A program made the position numbers and the translations under genes. The notes below the pieces were generated by a model. That model saw only the letters and a program-made list of their open reading frames with translations, did not search any database and had not been told where the DNA came from. From a virus (lineage: Duplodnaviria > Caudoviricetes), in the IMG/VR virus record IMGVR_UViG_3300036770_008730: DNA of 64,000 nt, one strand, 5' to 3'. Of the stretch, positions 55,221 through 62,979 are shown one piece after another (the first letter of the stretch is position 1; each line of letters starts with the position of its first letter).

Positions 55221-55898
55221 TTATAAATTTCTTCTTATTCTCATTATATGATTTTTGAGAGCATCATATTTACCATTAATATCTTTTTGAATATTGTATA
55301 GGTCTTCTAAAATAACTTTTTGCATTTCTTGATCTCTTTGCTTACTTGTTTCTATTTTAGTTTTCCAGATATCAAATAATTTTTTAGGATCATATTTATT
55401 TGTTGGATGTGCTGAAATGAGAAACTTTGGTAGCATATACATAGATATTTTATGTGCAAATATTATTTTTGATGCATCAAATTCCATAAGTGCATATTCA
55501 AATCCTATCGATTTTAATTCACTATACACCCCATCAAATGTTGCCTTTATAAAGTTATTTTTTTCATAATCCTTCTCTGATATAAACTTATCAAAGAATA
55601 GTATTCTTACTTCCAGTGGAATAAAATTAAGATTCACCCCAAAGAAAATAATTTTATCAGATACTTTTCTATAGTCAACTATAAATACCGGTGAGTTTCT
55701 CATCCAATTTGATTCATTAACACAGGTGAGGTGATAAAATCCTCCAGATTTAATATTTGCAATTCTCACATTTTGCACATCATCTGATGATTTTGAATAC
55801 ATTCCAACCAATTCAATTGAGTTTTTTTTGAAATTTTCTGCAAGTCCATCGCCATTAACAAGTAATTTCAAAGCTGTTTTTTCTATTAAATATCCCAT
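55221..55898 (-). CDS. DNA end-protector-like protein (T4 gp2-like)
   Basis: GGFYHL...SPVFIV...FFGVNLNFIPLEVRILFFD resembles gp2 GxNLHYLP..R; divergent from the gp4-like gene. Confidence 0.5.
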   Translation of the reverse strand: MGYLIEKTALKLLVNGDGLAENFKKNSIELVGMYSKSSDDVQNVRIANIKSGGFYHLTCVNESNWMRNSPVFIVDYRKVSDKIIFFGVNLNFIPLEVRILFFDKFISEKDYEKNNFIKATFDGVYSELKSIGFEYALMEFDASKIIFAHKISMYMLPKFLISAHPTNKYDPKKLFDIWKTKIETSKQRDQEMQKVILEDLYNIQKDINGKYDALKNHIMRIRRNL

Positions 55899-55941
55899 AA
55901 ACTATATATTTAGAAAAACATTACAGATAAATATATAATCT

Positions 55942-56469
55942 ATGATAAACTCTAAGCCAAATAATTCAAATTACCATCAAGGTAATTATATACCAAAAAA
56001 TAAAGATAAAGTCATCAAATTAAATAATTATGGTGGTGTTCACTTCAGGTCTTCTTGGGAAAAGAAAATTATGACCTGGCTTGATTACAATACTTCTATC
56101 ACAAAATGGGGATCTGAATGTTTACGGATACCTTATCAAATGACACATTTTGATAATGGTGATACAAAAATTAAAGAACATTCTTATTATCCGGACTTTT
56201 ACTATGAGATGAGACTTCCGGATGGTAGTTTAAGACAGGTTGTAGTTGAGGTTAAGCCAATGAAAGAGTATAAAATGGTTCAGAGTCTAAATGAAGGTAG
56301 TTTACAAGTTCCTCAGAATGGTGCGAAAAAACTTAAGAACTTTGAATACGACTTAAAGATGGCTTATAAGAACAAGCAAAAATGGGAAACAATGATAAAC
56401 TGGTGTAATAAAAAGGGTTACGATTTTATCATCATAACAGAGGAACATCTTAAAAAGTTCAACTTATAA
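55942..56469 (+). CDS. Head completion nuclease (T4 gp4-like, TnsA-N fold)
   Basis: FRSSWEKKIMTWLD...KWGSE...IPY...YYPDFY...VEVKP. Confidence 0.87.
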   Translation: MINSKPNNSNYHQGNYIPKNKDKVIKLNNYGGVHFRSSWEKKIMTWLDYNTSITKWGSECLRIPYQMTHFDNGDTKIKEHSYYPDFYYEMRLPDGSLRQVVVEVKPMKEYKMVQSLNEGSLQVPQNGAKKLKNFEYDLKMAYKNKQKWETMINWCNKKGYDFIIITEEHLKKFNL

Positions 56470-56806
56470 TAAATTTTATAACAAAAATTGTTAGAATTAA
56501 TGCCGATGATATCAATGGTAAAAAGTTTTCGTAATAAATGAAAAACTTTCTACTAATGTGATAAATTGGAAATTGTAAAATTTTAATTAAAAATAAAATC
56601 CAGAAAAACAAGCTCATAGTTGAAAAAAGACCTATGATTATACTCAACCAATAGATAATTCGTATAAAATAAAAAAGTCTATCTATCTTGGTTAGTGACT
56701 CAATTGGTCTAAGTTTGAAATTAGAATCTAATTTTTTTTTGTTTTTTATATAATAGATTTCACTCCAGATAAAAACCAATAAAAATATATAAAATATTGA
56801 TGTCAT
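56459..56806 (-). CDS. Small multi-pass membrane protein
   Basis: Three to four hydrophobic segments. Confidence 0.55.
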   Translation of the reverse strand: MTSIFYIFLLVFIWSEIYYIKNKKKLDSNFKLRPIESLTKIDRLFYFIRIIYWLSIIIGLFSTMSLFFWILFLIKILQFPIYHISRKFFIYYENFLPLISSALILTIFVIKFIIS

Positions 56807-57114
56807 TTTGTTATTAGCTCTTCAAATTTTATTAAATTATTTAATTCTACTTGTGATAGTTTGATATTTTTTTCAACAATTAATTTTTGATAAACCTCAT
56901 CTTCAACAAATGCTTCTATAGACTGCCCCACTATTCTTTCGTAACGATCAGGTATTTCTTTTCCAATTCTTATACTATAAATATTTTCTATGTATTTATC
57001 TTTTTCAATGGAATCAATGTGAATTGTACATCCGTCTGGAATTGGATTACTTCCCTTAATTGATTCTTCCCAAAGTTGTAAGATGACTTTATTCATTTTT
57101 ATAATTTTATGCAT
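56803..57114 (-). CDS. Hypothetical protein
   Basis: 103-aa ORF coupled to the downstream gene. Confidence 0.6.
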   Translation of the reverse strand: MHKIIKMNKVILQLWEESIKGSNPIPDGCTIHIDSIEKDKYIENIYSIRIGKEIPDRYERIVGQSIEAFVEDEVYQKLIVEKNIKLSQVELNNLIKFEELITK

Positions 57115-57174
57115 ATTTTATATTAATTTTTCAACAAAGTTTATTTCAATTTATAAAATAAAAAAAAACAACTT

Positions 57175-58311
57175 ATGAAAATTAAACTTGAATACATTTG
57201 GTTAGATGGATCTAATCCCCAACAATTGCGAAGCAAAACTAAAATAACAAATCAACAGCATGGATTGGATGCAACAAAATATGATATCTGGTCTTTTGAT
57301 GGTAGCTCAACAAATCAGGCTAAATCCGGTAAAGGAAAAAATACAGATTGTTTACTAAAACCAGTTTTTGTATCTGATGATCCATTCAGAGGAAGTCCAC
57401 ATAAATTGGTCCTTTGTGAGGTTCTTACTCCAGAAGGAAATCCACATCCTTCAAATCACAGAAGATCATTAGAAGCACTTTTAAACGAGTTGAATCTTGG
57501 AGGTGCAGATAAGTTTGCAGGAACTGATTGGTCAAATATATATGAATCCTTCAAAAAAGATTCGCCTTGGTTTGGATGGGAACAAGAATATACACTAACT
57601 CATAAACCAAATTCACCATTTTCGGCTGGTATTGGAATTCCTTTAGGATTCTCATCAGACTATCACAATCCTATTAAGACACCTCGTCCTCAAGGCGATT
57701 ATTATTGTGGTGTGGGTGCTGATACGGTTGTAGGTAGAGAAATCGTTGAGGAGCATATGGATAAATGTATAGAAATTGGTCTATGTATTTCTGGAATTAA
57801 TGCTGAGGTGTTATTAGGTCAATGGGAATATCAAATTGGACCGGTTACTGCATTGAACGGATCTGATCAATTATGGATATCTCGATATATTCTTCAGAGA
57901 GTCGCTGAAAAGCACAATATAAATGTGTCTTTGCATCCAAAACCAATTAAAGGAGATTGGAACGGAACTGGTTGTCATGTCAATTTCTCAACAAAAGAAA
58001 TGAGAGAAAAAGGTGGTTTATCTTTAATAAAAGAAACTATGGAAAAACTTAAAGAAAATCATAGAAATCATATCGAAGTTTATGGTCTACATAATGAAGA
58101 AAGATTGACTGGTGAACACGAGACCTCTGGTATTAATGATTTTAGCTTTGGATTTTCAACTCGTGATACTTCTATACGTATACCAGCTCAATCAATTATT
58201 GATGAAAGAGGATATTTTGAAGACAGGAGACCAGCCTCAAACTGCGATCCATATTTAGTTGCAGCTAGAATGTTAAAAACTGTTTACTCTGAAGTAAATC
58301 AAGAGGCTTAA
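57175..58311 (+). CDS. glnII: Glutamine synthetase, type II (GlnII-like)
   Basis: EYIWLDG, FDGSST.QA, WEQEY, GINAEV..GQWEYQIGP, HPKPIKGDWNGTGCH, RLTGEHET, SIRIP, YFEDRRPASNCDPY. Confidence 0.93.
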   Translation: MKIKLEYIWLDGSNPQQLRSKTKITNQQHGLDATKYDIWSFDGSSTNQAKSGKGKNTDCLLKPVFVSDDPFRGSPHKLVLCEVLTPEGNPHPSNHRRSLEALLNELNLGGADKFAGTDWSNIYESFKKDSPWFGWEQEYTLTHKPNSPFSAGIGIPLGFSSDYHNPIKTPRPQGDYYCGVGADTVVGREIVEEHMDKCIEIGLCISGINAEVLLGQWEYQIGPVTALNGSDQLWISRYILQRVAEKHNINVSLHPKPIKGDWNGTGCHVNFSTKEMREKGGLSLIKETMEKLKENHRNHIEVYGLHNEERLTGEHETSGINDFSFGFSTRDTSIRIPAQSIIDERGYFEDRRPASNCDPYLVAARMLKTVYSEVNQEA

Positions 58312-58317
58312 AAAAAT

Positions 58318-58345
58318 AAACCCACTCAATTTGAGTGGGTTTTTT
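58318..58345. terminator. Bidirectional terminator
   Basis: aaacccactca-att-tgagtgggttttt between convergent genes. Confidence 0.85.
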
Positions 58346-58365
58346 AATATATTTTCTATTATTGA

Positions 58366-58731
58366 TTATAAAGAGTGAAGACCTTGTCCGTCATTACTTC
58401 CTTCTATTGATATCAACCTTATTAAGTGTTCATTGTCTCCTTTTTTCTTGTATATTTCGTTATATCCTTTAGCAATTCCTCTTTTGAAGACCTCGGTAAA
58501 ATAGGCAAAAGCATTTACTGATTTTTCCTCATTAAAATTATACCAATTTTGGAACATATCTAAAAGACCTGACTGGTAGCAATCTAACTTATCATCATTT
58601 GACCAGTATCTCATTTTTTTGATTGTTTTTTTAGCTAGTAATTCTAGCATTTTTTCTGCGTTTCTTGTAAGTTTTCCCTGTGCTTTAGACACTATGACCT
58701 CGACGTAGAGGTCCTTATTATTTAAGTAAAT
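58366..58731 (-). CDS. gp55: Late-transcription sigma factor (T4 gp55-like); true start lies upstream of the track's GTG at 58692
   Basis: In-frame YLNNKDLY (T4 gp55 YVNNKELL) upstream of 58692; NFNEEKSVNAFAYFTEVFKR (T4 NFDETKYKNPHAYITQ). Confidence 0.75.
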   Translation of the reverse strand: MYLNNKDLYVEVIVSKAQGKLTRNAEKMLELLAKKTIKKMRYWSNDDKLDCYQSGLLDMFQNWYNFNEEKSVNAFAYFTEVFKRGIAKGYNEIYKKKGDNEHLIRLISIEGSNDGQGLHSL

Positions 58732-58834
58732 AGGCGTTGGATTATTTTTTGAATAAAAAACAATTTTTGTTTCATATTTTTAACTTTTAATTCGTTTCAT
58801 GTTATAGATTTTACTAATTAAAAAGTTTTAAAAT

Positions 58835-58860
58835 AAAAAACCCTCCAGTGGAGGGTTTTT
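58835..58860 (-). terminator. Rho-independent terminator
   Basis: aaaaaccctcc-agt-ggagggttttt after the stop of 58864..60147. Confidence 0.85.
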
Positions 58861-58863
58861 AGA

Positions 58864-60147
58864 TTAGTATTTTATTCTTTCTTTGTATTGAAGTTCTTTA
58901 ATTGCTTTTAGTTCAGCATCTAAATTTGATTTTCTTTTCTCAAGATTACTCAGAGCTGTTTTTAATACATTTGATTCTCCAATCATTTGTATTGAACCTT
59001 TAACTTTTTCAATGTTGAATTCAACATCCTCAAGTTTCAAAGTTACTTCTCTTTCTTTATCTTCTAATTTTCTTTTCACGATTAATTCTTTTCCTAGTTT
59101 ATTTTCGTAGAAAAAAGTTAAGTCGTAATTCAATTCGTTTCTTACTTCATTAACCAATTCAATAGCTGATTCGTATTTGAAGAATGAGTTACCATATCTT
59201 TCATCACATCTATAAACAAAAGTGTTATTTTTGTAATTGAATGCAAAAACTTCTAAATAAGGATTTATAAGGTTGTTAACTTTTTTAACAACATCTAACT
59301 CAACAAACTTATCAATATTTTTATTAACTTCTAAAAGGATTGGATAAAAGTTCTTATTTACAATTGGAACAATTGGAGAAGAGAATAAACTTTCTAAAGT
59401 TGTTTCCTCATTCATTTCGTCATCATTTATGAAAATTGAACCTTTTTTGCTAACTGAAAGACCAATAGTCAAATATTCAGAAATTCTGAAATTTACTCTA
59501 TCTTCATTGATTGTTGCATATTTCATAGCTGACTCTAACATTCTCATCGTTCTTAAGTCTTCTTCAGATTTAATGTTATTTTCTAATAATGTTTTTTCTA
59601 TGATATTTTCAGTTAAAAGAAACCAAGAATCTTTCACTAAGGCGATGTGTCCATTTTCAACTTGCTCTACTATAGTAAAAACTGACTCACCTTTACCACC
59701 ACTTAATAGATTTGTTCTTTGTTCAGGTGATTTAGTTAGATTATGAACAAATAATTTTACCTCTGGAACCCAATCATAAATAGCTAATTCATTCAGAATC
59801 TTAGACATTCTGTCTTGGTCATTCTCTAAATTAATTGTCTGAAGTAATACATTTATTGGCTGTCTATATAATTCTCCTTGATTTTTGGTATTAAGAACGC
59901 TGTATAAATTCTTCAATTCATATAGAAGTTCGTAATTTTTCATATCATCATTCAAATTTTCCAACAGCTTTTTAACACTCTTATCATAAGAGTAAGCTTT
60001 TAATCTTTCATTAAGTGAACCGATAATTGCTTTTTCGGGTAATTCGTTGCAAGCATTCATATGTCCTTCAATTACATAAGCAATTTCTTCTTGTTCAAGA
60101 GACAGATTTTTCTTGAAATTATAGAGTTCAAGTTTAAGATTCTTCAT
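58864..60147 (-). CDS. Hypothetical late protein with C-terminal coiled coil
   Basis: 427-aa ORF; TAATATATA at 60178-60186 (minus). Confidence 0.75.
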   Translation of the reverse strand: MKNLKLELYNFKKNLSLEQEEIAYVIEGHMNACNELPEKAIIGSLNERLKAYSYDKSVKKLLENLNDDMKNYELLYELKNLYSVLNTKNQGELYRQPINVLLQTINLENDQDRMSKILNELAIYDWVPEVKLFVHNLTKSPEQRTNLLSGGKGESVFTIVEQVENGHIALVKDSWFLLTENIIEKTLLENNIKSEEDLRTMRMLESAMKYATINEDRVNFRISEYLTIGLSVSKKGSIFINDDEMNEETTLESLFSSPIVPIVNKNFYPILLEVNKNIDKFVELDVVKKVNNLINPYLEVFAFNYKNNTFVYRCDERYGNSFFKYESAIELVNEVRNELNYDLTFFYENKLGKELIVKRKLEDKEREVTLKLEDVEFNIEKVKGSIQMIGESNVLKTALSNLEKRKSNLDAELKAIKELQYKERIKY

Positions 60148-60213
60148 ATTTTTAAAGTAATTTTTTTTCTTATGGTATATATATTATTAAATAAAACTCA
60201 TTTTTTACCATTT

Positions 60214-61323
60214 TCATATTGTTGGTGATTCTCCATCATTTTGTGTGTTTGGATCTTGTGAGTTGGGGTTATTAATATTCCCAGAAGCTCTTTCACGAGC
60301 TCTAAGTATATTATTGAACCATCTTGTTCTCTTTGGAGACACTGATTGATACTCGTCATTTATAAATTGACCATACTGACTATTTGCTCCTACATTCTGA
60401 TTATCAAAGAATGATAATGAGTTTGTTCCAGAATTTTCAATTCCTCCTGTTGAAGAGAATTGACTTGGTATGTTGTTTTGATTTTGAGCGAGATTATCAT
60501 AACTTTGACCAATGTTCTGAGTAGTTAGATTTGCGGTTTGTGTGTTATAAGAATTTCCTGATAAATTCTGACTGCTTCCAGGTATAATAACATCGTTATT
60601 AAAGAAAGATGAAAACCCACCTGTCATCGTATGACCGTTTGAATCTTTCATACCACTTCCGAATGGTCTTGGATATCCAGTTTGAACAACTCTATCTCTT
60701 CTAAACGAAGGGTAATAAGTTTCTACGGTAAATGAGCACTTTAATTTTATATTATTGTCACTGGTGAGATTTTTTTCTCTTGACATTTCTATACTATTTG
60801 TATCTGGCATCAGAATTACAGCATCGATATTCATAAAATTATGCTCAAAATACATATATTTGTAAATCCACATAGTATCCATAAGAGCTTGGCTACATTT
60901 AAAAGTATCAATTTCGTTATTTAGTAATATATCTAGTTCGTAGTTTACTGTTATTGGAATCGCTCTTACTCTCGCTAGAACTTTTCTAATCTCTATTTCA
61001 TTTTCAACAACCATTCTGAGCCAAACATTTGGATTTGCAAATTCATCTGATTTTATATTAAATCCAGTCATAGTTAGATGACCTCTAGGTATTTGATCTG
61101 TATTTAGTTCTATAAATCTATTTTCCGAAACTATATCATCCGAAAATGAGTCTAGAAGAAATCTTTCGTCTCCGGTTAGTGAATAATAAAAAGGAACCTG
61201 AACAAACCTATCTCCTGATGAAAATCTGTTTATCCATTTGACTTGCCCTTCTAATGTGTCTAAAACACAAACCGTTAAATCTCTGAAAAATACGTCCTCA
61301 AAATTAAATCTTTCTCCAATCAT
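60214..61323 (-). CDS. Tail terminator / sheath stabiliser (T4 gp15-like) with N/Q/S-rich insert
   Basis: VQVPFYY, IPRGHLTMTG, IPITVNYELDI, FTVETY pattern. Confidence 0.6.
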   Translation of the reverse strand: MIGERFNFEDVFFRDLTVCVLDTLEGQVKWINRFSSGDRFVQVPFYYSLTGDERFLLDSFSDDIVSENRFIELNTDQIPRGHLTMTGFNIKSDEFANPNVWLRMVVENEIEIRKVLARVRAIPITVNYELDILLNNEIDTFKCSQALMDTMWIYKYMYFEHNFMNIDAVILMPDTNSIEMSREKNLTSDNNIKLKCSFTVETYYPSFRRDRVVQTGYPRPFGSGMKDSNGHTMTGGFSSFFNNDVIIPGSSQNLSGNSYNTQTANLTTQNIGQSYDNLAQNQNNIPSQFSSTGGIENSGTNSLSFFDNQNVGANSQYGQFINDEYQSVSPKRTRWFNNILRARERASGNINNPNSQDPNTQNDGESPTI

Positions 61324-61385
61324 GCAATTATATATTAAATAAACTTTCTCTCAAAGAGAGATATAAAAAATGTAAAAACAAATCT

Positions 61386-62348
61386 ATGTCAGTAAAGTCA
61401 TTATTACTTTGGGAAAAATGGAGACCAAAAAAATTCGAAGATATTATTCTTATTCCGAGAATAAGAAAGCAATTTGAGTCTGGGATATCTCAACACTATA
61501 TTTTCTATGGACACTACGGGTCTGGCAAAACATCATTGGCTAGAATATTAATAGGTAAGTATAGTAAAGATACACCTTATTTGGAACTTAATTGTTCTAT
61601 GGATACATCTATAGATGTTTTGAGGTCTGAGATAGATACTTTTTGTAAAGTTAGACCTATGATGGATGTTGAATCTGAAATTAAATACGTTTTTCTGGAT
61701 GAATTCGAAAGAGTTTCTCCACAATTTCAAGATGCATTCAAAGCCTTTATCGAAAAGTATAATAACAAAGTTAGATTCATAATCTGTACTAATCACATAA
61801 ACAAAATTTCTGAAGGAATAAAATCCAGGATAAAATCAATAAACTTTGATTGTATCGATTTATCAGAAGAAAAATTTATAAAAATTGAACTTTTTAAGAG
61901 AATTTCTAATTTGATATTACCATCTGAGAAAAAACAAATATCAAAAGAAAATTTAATTAGTATAATAAATAAAACTTTCCCCGATTTTCGAGGAGTTTTA
62001 GTAGAGGTTCAGAATTTTTTAGAAACTGGTGATAATAATATTAATAGTAGTAATATTTCAAATTCTCTAAAATTTGAACTTTTTAATTTAGTTTTTTCAA
62101 AGTCAAATTATAATGAAACGTATCAGTTTGTTTTGAAAAATTTTGGTCCAGATAAAGTTGACATTTTGATGAAACAACTAGGAAAACCTTTTATCGATTT
62201 TTGTATCGAAAATAATAAATCTATTGATAAACTCTTTGAATGTAATTTTATTTTAGCAGACTACTCTGATAAACTTGACACAAACACTGACCCTATTGTT
62301 TTGGCAATGACAATCATAGGTAAATTTCAATTATTACTATCCGAATAG
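61386..62348 (+). CDS. Clamp-loader AAA+ subunit (gp44/RFC-like)
   Basis: WEKWRP, GHYGSGKT, LDEFE, RFIICTN, SRI, PDFR. Confidence 0.88.
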   Translation: MSVKSLLLWEKWRPKKFEDIILIPRIRKQFESGISQHYIFYGHYGSGKTSLARILIGKYSKDTPYLELNCSMDTSIDVLRSEIDTFCKVRPMMDVESEIKYVFLDEFERVSPQFQDAFKAFIEKYNNKVRFIICTNHINKISEGIKSRIKSINFDCIDLSEEKFIKIELFKRISNLILPSEKKQISKENLISIINKTFPDFRGVLVEVQNFLETGDNNINSSNISNSLKFELFNLVFSKSNYNETYQFVLKNFGPDKVDILMKQLGKPFIDFCIENNKSIDKLFECNFILADYSDKLDTNTDPIVLAMTIIGKFQLLLSE

Positions 62349-62369
62349 TTATATTTTTATATATAGTTT

Positions 62370-62744
62370 ATGGATTTAAACTTCATAGATTTTTATATTC
62401 TTTATCCTGGTCATCCAGGTTATTCCTCAATTGAATTAATAGAGGATGATTTAACTAAAGTAATAGTTCAAAAATACCAAATGATTATCTTTACAAATAA
62501 AGGAGATGTTTTTGGTTTACCAGACTTGGGTGCGAATCTACTTGAATTATTACATGATACTAGCTATTCCGCCCAGACTGTTGAGGAAGATTTAAATAAT
62601 CAGATTAGATTGTATATTCCTGAACTACAGAATCTTGAGTACGATATAAAAGTTAGCTTTTTTCAACATCCTGAAAGATTTGAAGAATTTATGGTTATAG
62701 ATTTTAGTTTTAATGGTATGTTAGTCTCTACAATAGTTCAATAA
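62370..62744 (+). CDS. Baseplate wedge gp25-like protein
   Basis: TNKGDVFGLPDLGANLLELL matches the gp25 xGE....PxxG..l..lL pattern. Confidence 0.6.
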   Translation: MDLNFIDFYILYPGHPGYSSIELIEDDLTKVIVQKYQMIIFTNKGDVFGLPDLGANLLELLHDTSYSAQTVEEDLNNQIRLYIPELQNLEYDIKVSFFQHPERFEEFMVIDFSFNGMLVSTIVQ

Positions 62745-62928
62745 AGTCTTTGAAATTTAATACCGATTCTTTCATCATTTTTTTAAAAATACCCATTGTA
62801 TAAGCCCAATTATCTCTTTTACCTTTTCTTTCCTTAGATAGTTTTTTTGCCTTCTGCCATCTTTCTTCTACTTCCGATATTTTCATCTTTTTTTTCTTTG
62901 CTAATTTTTTCACATAACTTGTTGGCAT
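62728..62928 (-). CDS. Small basic protein
   Basis: Lys-rich 66 aa, W..AK...WAYTMGIFK; C-terminal ESVLNFKDF. Confidence 0.6.
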   Translation of the reverse strand: MPTSYVKKLAKKKKMKISEVEERWQKAKKLSKERKGKRDNWAYTMGIFKKMMKESVLNFKDFIELL

Positions 62929-62979
62929 AAAATCAATTTACTTTTTCATATATATTATTTTTTAATATATAAAACTTCA

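Noticed and set aside
731-61796. Many short ORF-track entries antisense to or nested in real genes (for example 731-949, 1205-1624, 7447-7713, 21713-22270, 26415-27002, 45618-46088, 46642-47010, 59429-59746)
   Set aside because: They fully overlap well-supported genes, show antisense-biased composition and have no recognisable motifs.
62938-62949. MKK* mini-ORF upstream of the small basic protein
   Set aside because: Its ATG overlaps the late promoter core (62949-62957), so it would lie upstream of the transcript start.
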